A DNA stretch of 64,000 nt from the human T2T-CHM13v2.0 reference genome, Homo sapiens: contig CP086569.2 in NCBI GenBank assembly GCA_009914755.4, positions 48,352,001 through 48,416,000 on the forward strand. The letters are read 5' to 3'. The translations under genes were made by a program, and so were the position numbers. Shown one piece after another: positions 44,431-57,414 of the stretch. The notes beneath the pieces are model-generated. The model searched no databases and was not told the origin of the DNA. It saw only the letters and a list, made by a program, of their open reading frames with translations. Numbering within the stretch: position 1 is the first letter of the stretch; the number at the start of each line of letters is the position of its first letter.

Positions 44431-47400
44431 ATGGATTGGAAAGGAATAGAATGGAATGGAATGGAATTGACTCAAATGGAATGGACTAGAATGGAATGGA
44501 TTCGAATGGAAGGCAAAGGAATGGAATCTATTGGAATGGACTGTAATGGAATGGAATGGAAGGGATTGGAATGGACTCGAATGGAATGGACTGCAATAGA
44601 AAGGATTCGAATGGAATGAAAAAGAATTGAATGGAATAGAACAGAATGGAATCAAATCGAATGAAATGGAATGGAATAGAAAGGAATGGAATGAAATGGA
44701 ATGGAAAGGATTCGAATGGAATGCAATCGAATGGAATGGAATCGAACGGAATGGAATAAAATGGAAGAAAACTGGCAAGAAATGGAATCGAAATGAATGG
44801 AGTGTTATGGAACGGACTCAAAAGGAATTGAATGTAATAGAATGGAGTGGAGTGGACTCGAATATAATGGACTGGAATGGAATGAAATCACATGGAATGG
44901 GAACGAATGGAATGGAATGGAAAGGAATGGAATCGAATGGAAAGGAATCGAATGGAAGGGAATGAAATTGAATCAACAGGAATGGAAGAGAATAGAATAG
45001 ACGGTAATGGAATGGACTCGAATAGAATGGACACGAATGCTCAAATTGAATGGACTCGAATGGAATGGAAACGAAAGGAATGTCATCGAATGGAATTGAA
45101 TCGATTGGAATGAAATCGCATAGAATGGAGTGGAATCAAATGGAATTGAATCGAAAGGAAAGGAAGCGAATGGACTGAAATGAAATGGAATGGAATTGAA
45201 TGGAAAGTAATGCAATGGAATAGAATGGAACGAAATTTCACGGAATGGAATCAAACTGAATGGAATCAAACCAATGGAATCAAATCAAATGGAATGGAAA
45301 GGAATTGAATGGAGTAGATTGGATTGGATGGGATTGGAATGAAATGTACTGGAAAGGACTCGAATTTCATGAAACGGAATGGAATGAATTGGAACGGAAC
45401 GGACTCGAATGGAATGGAATGTCATGGAATGGCATCAAATGGAATGGCATCAAATGGAATGGAATCGAATGCAATGGAATGCTATGGAATGGAATGGAAT
45501 GCATTTTAATGGAATGTCCTCTAATGGAATGGATTCGAGTGGAATGGAATCGAATATAATGGAGTCGAATGAAATGGAATTGAAAGGAATGGGATCGAAT
45601 ACAATGGAATATACTGGAATGTAATGTAATGAACTCGAATGTAATTGACTGGAATGGAATGTACATGAATGGAATGTAATCGAATGGAAAGTAATCCAAT
45701 GGAATAGAATCTAATGCAATAAAATCGACTCAGATAGAGTAGAATGTAATGGAATGGAGTGCAGTGCAATGGAATGGAATGGAATGGAATGCAATGGAAT
45801 GGAATGGAATGGAATGGAATGGAATGGAATGGAATGGTGTGGAATGGATAGTAATGGACTGGAGTGAAATGGACTGGAAAGGAATGGACTCAAATTGAAT
45901 GGGCTCGAAAGGAATGGAGTCAAATGGAATGGTCTGGAATGGAATGAACACGAATGTAATGCAATCCAATAGAATGGAATCGAATGGCATGGAATATAAA
46001 GAAATGGAATCGAAGAGAATGGAAACAAATGGAATGGAATTGAGTGGAATGGAATTGAATGGAATGGGAAGGAATGGAGTGAAATTGTATGCAGTAGAAG
46101 AGAATAGAATGGAATGCAAGCGAAAGGAAAGGAATGGATTGGAATGGAATGGAATTCATTGGTATGGAAGGGAATGTAGTGTAATGGACAGGCCTGGAAT
46201 AAAGTGGAATGCTACGGTCTCGAATGGAATAAAAATGTATGGAATGGAATGCAATGAAACGGAATCGAATGTCATAGAATGTAATGGAATGCAACAAAAT
46301 GGAATCCAAAATCATTGACTGGAAAGGCTGGGTGTCGAAAGGAATTGACTCCAATGGAATGGAATCGAATGGAATGGAAGTGAATAGAATCGAACTAAAT
46401 CGAATGGAATGGAATTGATAGGAACGGAATGGAAAGGAATGCAATGATTTGGCATGGAATGGAATCGAATGGCATCGAATGGAATGGAATGGAATGCAAT
46501 GGAATGGAATGTATTAGAATGTAATGAACTTTAATGGAATGTACTCGAATGGATTCGACTGGAATGGAATGTTCTGGAAGTGAATGGACTCCAATGGAAT
46601 GGATTCAAAAGGAATGGAATCGTACGGAATGGAATCTAATGGAATGGAATTAAATGGAAATGAATCAAATTGAATAGCACGGAATTGAATTGAATGGAAT
46701 GGAATGCAATGGAATCTAATGAAACGGAAAGGAAAGGAATGGAATGGAATGGAATGGGCTGGAATGGAAAGGAATCGAAACGAATGGAATGGAATCGAAC
46801 TGAAGAGACTGGAATGGAATGCACTGGAATGGAAGGGAGTGTAATGGAAGGTTCTCGAAAAAAATGGAATGGAATGGAATGGAATTGAATGGAACGGAAT
46901 AGAGTCGAATGGAATTGAATGGAATGGAATGGACTAGAGTGAAATGGAATCGAACCACAAGGAATGGACAGGAATAGAATGGTCTCGAATTGAATGGAAT
47001 CGTATGGAATGGCATCAAACTGAATGGAATTGACAGCCACGGAATAGAATGCACTCGAATGCAATGGAGTCGAAACTAATGGACTGGAATAGAATGGACT
47101 CGACTGGTACGGACTCCAATGGAATGGAATCGAATGGAAGGGAATCGAACGGAATGAACTCGAAGGGACAAGACTGCAATGGAAAGGTCTCGAATGGAAT
47201 GGAAATTAATGGAATGGAATGGAATCGAATGAAATGGAGTCAAAAGGAATGGAATCGAATGGCAAGAAATCGAATGTAATGGAATCGCAAGGAATTGATG
47301 TGAACGGAACGGAATGGAATGGAATCCAAAGGAATGGAATAGAATGGAATGGAATCGAATGGAAAGGACTCGAATGGAAATCACTCGAATAGAATGCAAT

Positions 47401-47984
47401 TTAATAAAATAGAATCAAATGTAATGGAATGGAATGGAAAGGAATCGAAACGAAAGGAATGGAGACAGATGGAATGGAATGGAACAGAGAGCAATGGTAT
47501 AGAATGGAATGGAATCATCTGGAATGGAATTGAATGGAATGGAATAATATGAAATGGAATGGAATGGAATGGAATGGAATGCCCTTGAATTAAATGGACT
47601 GGAATGGAATGGACTCGAACAGAGTGGAATGGAAAGTGTTGAGATAGAATGGAATGGACTCCTTTGGAATGGTTTAGTATGCAATGCAATCGACTGGTAG
47701 GGAATCAAAAGGAATGTAATCGAATGGATTGGACTGGAATGCAATGGACTCGAATAGATTGGAAACGGAATGCAAAGGAATGGAATGGAATAGTATGGAA
47801 TGGAATGGAAAGGAATGGAGTGGAATAGACTAGAGTGGAATGGAATGGACTGGAAAGCAATGGACTGGAATGGAACTTTCTTGAATGGACTGGAATCAAA
47901 CGGAATGGAATGCAATGCAATCAAATGGCATGGAATAAAATAGAATGAAAGAGAATCAAATGGAATTGAATCGAATGGAATCGA
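44431..47984 (+). repeat. HSat3 HOR unit 13 (3554 bp), subfamily 'b'
   Basis: Shares 'cattttaatggaatgtcc' (45492-45509), 'caaaccaatgg' (45269-45279), 'ggaacggaacggactcg' (45390-45406) with unit 9. Confidence 0.75.
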
Positions 47985-50900
47985 ATGGATTGGAAAGGAA
48001 TAGAATGGAATGGAATGGAATTGACTCAAATGGAATGGACTAGAATGGAATGGATTCGAATGGAAGGCAAAGGAATGGAATCTATTGGAATGGACTGTAA
48101 TGGAATGGAATGGAAGGGATTGGAATGGACTCGAATGGAATGGACTGCAATAGAAAGGATTCGAATGGAATGAAAAAGAATTGAATGGAATAGAACAGAA
48201 TGGAATCAAATCGAATGAAATGGAATGGAATAGAAAGAATGGAATGAAATGGAATGGAAAGGATTCGAATGGAATGCAATCGAATGGAATGGAATCGAAC
48301 GGAATGGAATAAAATGGAAGAAAACTGGCAAGAAATGGAATCGAAATGAATGGAGTGTTATGGAACGGACTCAAAAGGAATTGAATGTAATAGAATGGAG
48401 TGGAGTGGACTCGAATATAATGGACTGGAATGGAATGAAATCACATGGAATGGGAACGAATGGAATGGAATGGAAAGGAATGGAATCGAATGGAAAGGAA
48501 TCGAATGGAAGGGAATGAAATTGAATCAACAGGAATGGAAGGGAATAGAATAGACGGTAATGGAATGGACTCGAATAGAATGGACACGAATGCTCAAATT
48601 GAATGGACTCGAATGGAATGGAAACGAAAGGAATGTCATCGAATGGAATTGAATCGATTGGAATGAAATCGCATAGAATGGAGTGGAATCAAATGGAATT
48701 GAATCGAAAGGAAAGGAAGCGAATGGACTGAAATGAAATGGAATGGAATTGAATGGAAAGTAATGCAATGGAATAGAATGGAACGAAATTTCACGGAATG
48801 GAATCAAACTGAATGGAATCAAATCAATGGAATCTAATCAAATGGAATGGAAAGGAATTGAATGGAGTAGATTGGATTGGATGGGATTGGAATGAAATGT
48901 ACTGGAAAGGACTCGAATTTCATGAAACGGAATGGAATGAATTGGAACGGAATGGACTCGAATGGAATGGAATGTCATGGAATGGCATCAAATGGAATGG
49001 CATCAAATGGAATGGAATCGAATGCAATGGAATGCTATGGAATGGAATGGAATGCATTGGAATGGAATGTCCTCTAATGGAATGGATTCGAGTGGAATGG
49101 AATCGAATATAATGGAGTCGAATGAAATGGAATTGAAAAGAATGGGATCGAATACAATGGAATATACTGGAATGTAATGTAATGAACTCGAATGTAATTG
49201 ACTGGAATGGAATGTACATGAATGGAATGTAATCGAATGGAAAGTAATCCAATGGAATAGAAACTAATGCAATAAAATCGACTCAAATAGAGTAGAATGT
49301 AATGGAATGGAGTGCAGTGCAATGGAATGGAATGGAATGGAATGCAATGGAATGGAATGGATTGGAATGGAATGGGATGGAATGGTGTGGAATGGATAGT
49401 AATGGACTGGTGTGAAATGGACTGGAAAGGAATGGACTCAAATTGAAAGGGCTCTAAAGGAATGGAGTCAAATGGAATGGTCTGGAATGGAATGAACACG
49501 AATGTAATGCAATCCAATAGAATGGAATCGAATGGCATGGAATATAAAGAAATGGAATCGAAGAGAATGGAAACAAATGGAATGGAATTGAATGGAATGG
49601 AATTGAATGGAATGGGAAGGAATGGAGTGAAATTGTATGCAGTATTAGAGAATAGAATGGAATGCAAGTGAAAGGAAAGGAATGGATTGGAATGGAATGG
49701 AATTCATTGGAATGGAAGGGAATGTAGTGTAATGGACAGGCCTGGAATAAAGTGGAATGCTACGGTCTCGAATGGAATAAAAATGTATGGAATGGAATGC
49801 AATGAAACGGAATCGAATGTCATAGAATGTAATGGAATGCAACAAAATGGAATCCAAAATCATTGACTGGAAAGGCTGGGTGTCGAAAGGAATTGACTCC
49901 AATGGAATGGAATCGAATGGAATGGAAGTGAATAGAATCGAACTAAATCGAATGGAATGGAATTGATAGGAACGGAATGGAAAGGAATGCAATGATTTGG
50001 CATGGAATGGAATCGAATGGCATCGAATGGAATGGAATGGAATGCAATGGAATGGAATGTATTAGAATGTAATGAACTTTAATGGAATGTACTCGAATGG
50101 ATTCGACTGGAATGGAATGTTCTGGAAGTGAATGGACTCCAATGGAATGGATTCAAAAGGAATGGAATCGTACGGAATGGAATCTAATGGAAGGGAATTA
50201 AATGGAAATGAATCAAATTGAATAGCACGGAATTGAATTGAATGGAATGGAATGCAATGGAATCTAATGAAACGGAAAGGAAAGGAATGGAATGGAATGG
50301 AATGGGCTGGAATGGAAAGGAATCGAAACGAATGGAATGGAATCGAACTGAAGAGACTGGAATGGAATGCACTGGAATGGAAGGGAGTGTAATGAAGGTT
50401 CTCGAAAAAAATGGAATCGAATGGAATGGAATTGAATGGAACGGAATAGAGTCGAATGGAATTGAATGGAATGGAATGGACTAGAGTGAAATGGAATCGA
50501 ACCACAAGGAATGGACAGGAATAGAATGGTCTCGAATTGAATGGAATCGTATGGAATGGCATCAAACGGAATGGAATGGACAGCCACGGAATGGAATGCA
50601 CTCGAATGCAATGGAGTCGAAACTAATGGACTGGAATAGAATGGACTCGACTGGTACGGACTCCAATGGAATGGAATCGAATGGAAGGGAATCGAACGGA
50701 ATGGACTCGAAGGGAAAAGACTGCAATGGAAAGGTCTCGAATGGAATGGAAATTAATGGAATGGAATGGAATCGAATGAAATGGAGTCAAAAGGAATGGA
50801 ATCGAATGGCAAGAAATCGAATGTAATGGAATCGCAAGGAATTGATGTGAACGGAACGGAATGGAATGGAATCCAAAGGAATGGAATAGAATGGAATGGA

Positions 50901-51532
50901 ATCGAATGGAAAGGACTCGAATGGAAATCACTCGAATAGAATGCAATTTAATAAAATAGGATCAAATGGAATGGAATGGAATGGAAAGGAATCGAAACGA
51001 AAGGAATGGAGACAGATGGAATGGAATGGAACAGAGAGCAATGGTATAGAATGGAATGGAATCATCTGGAATGGAATTGAATGGAATGGAATAATATGAA
51101 ATGGAATGGAATGGAATGGAATGGAATGCCCTTGAATTAAATGGACTGGAATGGAATGGACTCGAACAGAGTGGAATGGAAAGTGTTGAGATAGAATGGA
51201 ATGGACTCCTTTGGAATGGTGTAGTATGCAATGCAATCGACTGGCAGGGAATCAAAAGGAATGTAATGGAATGGATTGGACTGGAATGCAATGGACTCGA
51301 ATAGATTGGAAACGGAATGCAAAGGAATGGAATGGAATAGTATGGAATGGAATGGAAAGGAATGGAGTGGAATAGACTAGAGTGGAATGGAATGGACTGG
51401 AAAGCAATGGACTGGAATGGAACTTTCTTGAATGGACTGGAATCAAACGGAATGGAATGCAATGCAATCAAATGGCATGGAATAAAATAGAATGAAAGAG
51501 AATCAAATGGAATTGAATCGAATGGAATCGAA
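47985..51532 (+). repeat. HSat3 HOR unit 14 (3548 bp), subfamily 'd'
   Basis: Shares the subfamily-'d' variants with unit 12 (49131-49144, 49259-49273). Confidence 0.75.
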
Positions 51533-54500
51533 TGGATTGGAAAGGAATAGAATGGAATGGAATGGAATTGACTCAAATGGAATGGACTAGAATGGAATGG
51601 ATTCGAATGGAAGGCAAATGAATGGAATCTATTGGAATGGACTGTAATGGAATGGAATGGAAGGGATTGGAATGGACTCGAATGGAATGGACTGCAATAG
51701 AAAGGATTCGAATGGAATGAAAAAGAATTGAATGGAATAGAACAGAATGGAATCAAATCGAATGAAATGGAATGGAAGAGAAAGGAATGGAATGAAATGG
51801 AATGGAAAGGATTCGAATGGAATGCAATCGAATGGAATGGAATCGAACGGAATGGAATAAAATGGAAGAAAACTGGCAAGAAATGGAATCGAAATGAATG
51901 GAGTGTTATGGAACGGACTCAAAAGGAATTGAATGTAATAGAATGGAGTGGAGTGGACTCGAATATAATGGACTGGAATGGAATGAAATCACATGGAATG
52001 GGAACGAATGGAATGGAATGGAAAGGAATGGAATCGAATGGAAAGGAATCGAATGGAAGGGAATGAAATTGAATCAACAGGAATGGAAGGGAGTAGAATA
52101 GACGGTAATGGAATGGACTCGAATAGAATGGACACGAATGCTCAAATTGAATGGACTCGAATGGAATGGAAACGAAAGGAATGTCATCGAATGGAATTGA
52201 ATCGATTGGAATGAAATCGCATAGAATGGAGTGGAATCAAATGGAATTGAATCGAAAGGAAAGGAAGCGAATGGACTGAAATGAAATGGACTGGAATTGA
52301 ATGGAAAGTTATGTAATAGAAAAGAATGGAACGAAATTTCACGGAATGGAATCAAACTGAATGGAATCAAATCAATGGAATCAAATCAAATGGAATGGAA
52401 AGGAATTGAATGGAGTAGATTGGATTGGATGGGATTGGAATGAAATGTACTGGAAAGGACTCGAATTTCATGAAACGGAATGCAATGAATTGGAACGGAA
52501 CGGACTCGAATGGAATGGAATGTCATGGAATGGCATCAAATGGAATGGCATCAAATGGAATGGAATCGAATGCAATGGAATGCTATGGAATGGAATGGAA
52601 TGCATTGGAATGGAATGTCCTCTAATGGAATGGATTCGAGTGGAATGGAATCGAATATAATGGAGTCGAATGAAATGGAATTGAAAGGAATGGGATCGAA
52701 TACAATGGAATATACTGGAATGTAATGTAATGAACTCGAATGTAATTGACTGGAATGGAATGTACATGAATGGAATGTAATCGAATGGAAAGTAATCCAA
52801 TGGAATAGAATTTAATGCAATAAAATCGACTCAGATAGAGTAGAATGTAATGGAATGGAGTGCAGTGCCATGGAATGGAATGGAATGGAATGCAATGGAA
52901 TGGAATGGAATGCAATGGAATGGAATGGAATGGAATGGAATGGAATGGGATGGAATGGTGTGGAATGGATAGTAATGGACTGGAGTGAAATGGACTGGAA
53001 AGGAATGGACTCAAATTGAAAGGGCTCGAAAGGAATGGAGTCAAATGGAATGGTCTGGAATGGAATGAACACGAATGTAATGCAATCCAATAGAATGGAA
53101 TCGAATGGCATGGAATATAAAGAAATGGAATCGAAGAGAATGGAAACAAATGGAATGGAATTGAATGGAATGGAATTGAATGGAATGGGAACGAATGGAG
53201 TGAAATTGTATGCAGTAGAAGAGAATAGAATGGAATGCAAGCGAAAGGAAAGGAATGGATTGGAATGGAATGGAATTCATTGGAATGGAAGGGAATGTAG
53301 TGTAATGGACAGGCCTGGAATAAAGTGGAATGCTACGGTCTCGAATGGAATAAAAATGTATGGAATGGAATGCAATGAAACGGAATCGAATGTCATAGAA
53401 TGTAATGGAATGCAAAAAAATGGAATCCAAAATCATTGACTGGAAAGGCTGGGTGTCGAAAGGAATTGACTCCAATGGAATGGAATCGAATGGAATGGAA
53501 GTGAATAGAATCGAACTAAATCGAATGGAATGGAATTGATAGGAACGGAATGGAAAGGAATGCAATGATTTGGCATGGAATGCAATCGAATGGCATCGAA
53601 TGGAATGGAATGGAATGCAATGGAATGGAATGTATTAGAATGTAATGAACTTTAATGGAATGTACTCGAATGGATTCGACTGGAATGGAATGTTCTGGAA
53701 GTGAATGGACTCCAATGGAATGGATTCAAAAGGAATGGAATCGTACGGAATGGAATCTAATGGAATGGAATTAAATGGAAATGAATCAAATTGAATAGCA
53801 CGGAATTGAATTGAATGGAATCGAATGCAATGGAATCTAATGAAACGGAAAGGAAAGGAATGGAATGGAATGGAATGGGCTGGAATGGAAAGGAATCGAA
53901 ACGAATGGAATGGAATCGAACTGAAGAGACTGGAATGGAATGCACTGGAATGGAAGGGAGTGTAATGGAAGGTTCTCGAAAAAAATGGAATCGAATGGAA
54001 TGGAATTCAATGGAACGGAATAGAGTCGAATGGAATTGAATGGAATGGAATGGACTAGAGTGAAATGGAATCGAACCACAAGGAATGGACAGGAATAGAA
54101 TGGTCTCGAATTGAATGGAATCGTATGGAATGGCATCAAACGGAATGGAATGGACAGCCACGGAATGGAATGCACTCGAATGCAATGGAGTCGAAACTAA
54201 TGGACTGGAATAGAATGGACTCGACTGGTACGGACTCCAATGGAATGGAATCGAATGGAAGGGAATCGAACGGAATGGACTCGAAGGGAAAAGACTGCAA
54301 TGGAGAGGTCTCGAATGGAATGGAAATTAATGGAATGGAATGGAATCGAATGAAATGGAGTCAAAAGGAATGGAATCGAATGGCAAGAAATCGAATGTAA
54401 TGGAATCGCAAGGAATTGATGTGAACGGAACGGAATGGAATGGAATCCAAAGGAATGGAATAGAATGGAATGGAATCGAATGGAAAGGACTCGAATGGAA

Positions 54501-55100
54501 ATCACTCGAATAGAATGCAATTTAATAAAATAGGATCAAATGTAATGGAATGGAATGGAAAGGAATCGAAACGAAAGGAATGGAGACAGATGGAATGGAA
54601 TGGAACAGAGAGCAATGGTATAGAATGGAATGGAATCATCTGGAATGGAATTGAATGGAATGGAATAACATGAAATGGACTGGAATGGAATGGAATGCCC
54701 TTGAATTAAATGGACTGGAATGGAATGGACTCGAACAGAGTGGAATGGAAAGTGTTGAAATAGAATGGAATGGACTGGTTTGGAATGGTCTAGTATGCAA
54801 TGCAATCGACTGGCAGGGAATCAAAAGGAATGTAATCGAATGGATTGGACTGGAATGCAATGGACTCGAATAGATTGGAAACGGAATGCAAAGGAATGGA
54901 ATGGAATAGTATGGAATGGAATGGAAAGGAATGGAGTGGAATAGACTAGAGTGGAATGGAATGGACTCGAAAGCAATGGACTGGAATGGAACTTTCTTGA
55001 ATGGACTGGAATCAAACGGAATGGAATGCAATGCAATCAAATGGCATGGAATAAAATAGAATGAAAGAGAATCAAATGGAATTGAATCGAATGGAATCGA
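51533..55100 (+). repeat. HSat3 HOR unit 15 (3568 bp)
   Basis: Anchor motif at 51533 and 55101. Confidence 0.7.
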
Positions 55101-56366
55101 ATGGATTGGAAAGGAATAGAATGGAATGGAATGGAATTGACTCAAATGGAATGGACTAGAATGGAATGGATTCGAATGGAAGGCAAAGGAATGGAATCTA
55201 TTGGAATGGACTGTAATGGAATGGAATGGAAGGGATTGGAATGGACTCGAATGGAATGGACTGCAATAGAAAGGATTCGAATGGAATGAAAAAGAATTGA
55301 ATGGAATAGAACAGAATGGAATCAAATCGAATGAAATGGAATGGAATAGAAAGGAATGGAATGAAATGGAATGGAAAGGATTCGAATGGAATGCAATCGA
55401 ATGGAATGGAATCGAACGGAATGGAATAAAATGGAAGAAAACTGGCAAGAAATGGAATCGAAATGAATGGAGTGTTATGGAACGGACTCAAAAGGAATTG
55501 AATGTAATAGAATGGAGTGGAGTGGACTCGAATATAATGGACTGGAATGGAATGAAATCACATGGAATGGGAACGAATGGAATGGAATGGAAAGGAATGG
55601 AATCGAATGGAAAGGAATCGAATGGAAGGGAATGAAATTGAATCAACAGGAATGGAAGGGAATAGAATAGACGGTAATGGAATGGACTCGAATAGAATGG
55701 ACACGAATGCTGAAATTGAATGGACTCGAATGGAATGGAAACGAAAGGAATGTCATCGAATGGAATTGAATCGATTGGAATGAAATCGCATAGAATGGAG
55801 TGGAATCAAATGGAATTGAATCGAAAGGAAAGGAAGCGAATGGACTGAAATGAAATGGAATGGAATTGAATGGAAAGTAATGCAATGGAATAGAATGGAA
55901 CGAAATTTCACGGAATGGAATCAAACTGAATGGAATCAAATCAATGGAATCAAATCAAATGGAATGGAAAGGAATTGAATGGAGTAGATTGGATTGGATG
56001 GGATTGGAATGAAATGTACTGGAAAGGACTCGAATTTCATGAAACGGAATGGAATGAATTGGAACGGAATGGACTCGAATTGAATGGAATGTCATGGAAT
56101 GGCATCAAATGGAATGGCATCAAATGGAATGGAATCGAATGTAATGGAATGGAATGCATTGGAATGGAATGTCCTCTAATGGAATGGATTCGAGTGGAAT
56201 GGAATCGAATATAATGGAGTCGAATGAAATGGAATTGAAAGGAATGTGATCGAATACAATGGAATATACTGGAATGTAATGTAATGAACTCGAATGTATT
56301 TGACTGGAATGGAATGTACATGAATGGAATGTAATCGAATGGAAAGTAATCCAATGGAATAGAATC
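55101..56366 (+). repeat. HSat3 HOR unit 16, truncated after 1266 bp at the junction with the AT-rich array
   Basis: Colinear with the first ~1.27 kb of other units (including a 15-bp deletion at 56135/56136). It ends at '...ggaaagtaatccaatggaatagaatc', whereas complete units continue with 'taatgcaataaaatcgactcag'. Confidence 0.85.
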
Positions 56367-56372
56367 ATATAT
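56361..56372. other. HSat3 (DYZ1-type) to AT-rich (DYZ2-type) array junction, breakpoint between 56366 and 56367
   Basis: '...ccaatggaatagaatc|atatatgatatataatatatgtataatattgttttacatcctg'. The left side is phased to the HSat3 HOR. The right side is phased to an internal position of the AT-rich segment (equivalent to ~58019). Confidence 0.85.
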
Positions 56373-57116
56373 GATATATAATATATGTATAATATTGTTT
56401 TACATCCTGCATCTTATGTTATATATATTGTATAAAATATAATAATTGATTATATATACTTTTATAACATAATTTACATAAAATATCATAATATAATATA
56501 TATTATATTATTTCATATTACATAATATATATTACATATCACCCAATATAAGTAACATACATAATATTATAATGTAGATTATATTATGTTATATTAAATA
56601 TCATATATATTATGTATCATATATTCTATAATATATATTATACATTATATAATATGTATGTTGTCTATTATGTGATATATATAACTATACATATAATTAT
56701 ATTATTATACGTATAACTAGATAAACATGTAATTCTACATATTTTCATTTATAATATATAGAATTATATAATCATATATAATTATGTATATTCTATAAAA
56801 AATTATATCATTATATAAATTATAATATATAAAAATTATAATATGTACTACAAATATATATATTATATATCATATATGATATAGTACCTTTGTTATATAT
56901 CATAATACATATAAATGTGTATTATGTTATCTATAATTATATAATTTCATATATAAGTTGTATAATATGTATTATATATTATATATGTTATGTAATATAT
57001 ATAGTATATATAAGATGACACAGGATAAATATTATATACTATGACATATAAGATATATGAGGTTATATGTTTCATATAAGGCATAGCACATAACATGTAA
57101 TATATATCATATATAA

Positions 57117-57414
<298 letters not shown>

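Larger units (their letters stand above)
1..56366 (+). repeat. Human Satellite III (HSat3) tandem array built on the GGAAT/AATGG pentamer (purine-rich strand on +), organised as ~3.56-kb higher-order repeats (DYZ1-type)
   Basis: Seen directly: (aatgg)n/(ggaat)n-derived sequence almost throughout. Diagnostic anchor motifs and the periodic ORF-track artefacts (MDWKGIEWNGMEW at 54, 3578, 7137, 12416, 15985, 19544, 23107, 26681, 30225, 40882, 44431, 47985, 55101) recur every ~3.55 kb. All copies share one orientation and no interspersed transposable elements are present. Confidence 0.96.

Noticed and set aside
1-56366. Centromeric alpha-satellite or telomeric repeats
   Set aside because: No 171-bp periodicity, no CENP-B box-like motif, no TTAGGG runs. 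The periodicity is 5 bp nested in ~3.56 kb, characteristic of HSat3 rather than alpha satellite.
54-56368. Hundreds of overlapping ORFs of 60-418 aa on both strands (for example 11507-12763 minus, 418 aa; 15076-16332; 18635-19891), in the MEWNG.. form on + and the IPFHS.. form on -
   Set aside because: They are translations of a 5-bp repeat, whose 15-nt phase gives pentapeptide periodicity. They overlap on both strands in all frames and have extreme low-complexity composition. Stops are rare only because AATGG/CCATT lacks stop codons in most frames. They recur identically only because the DNA repeats.
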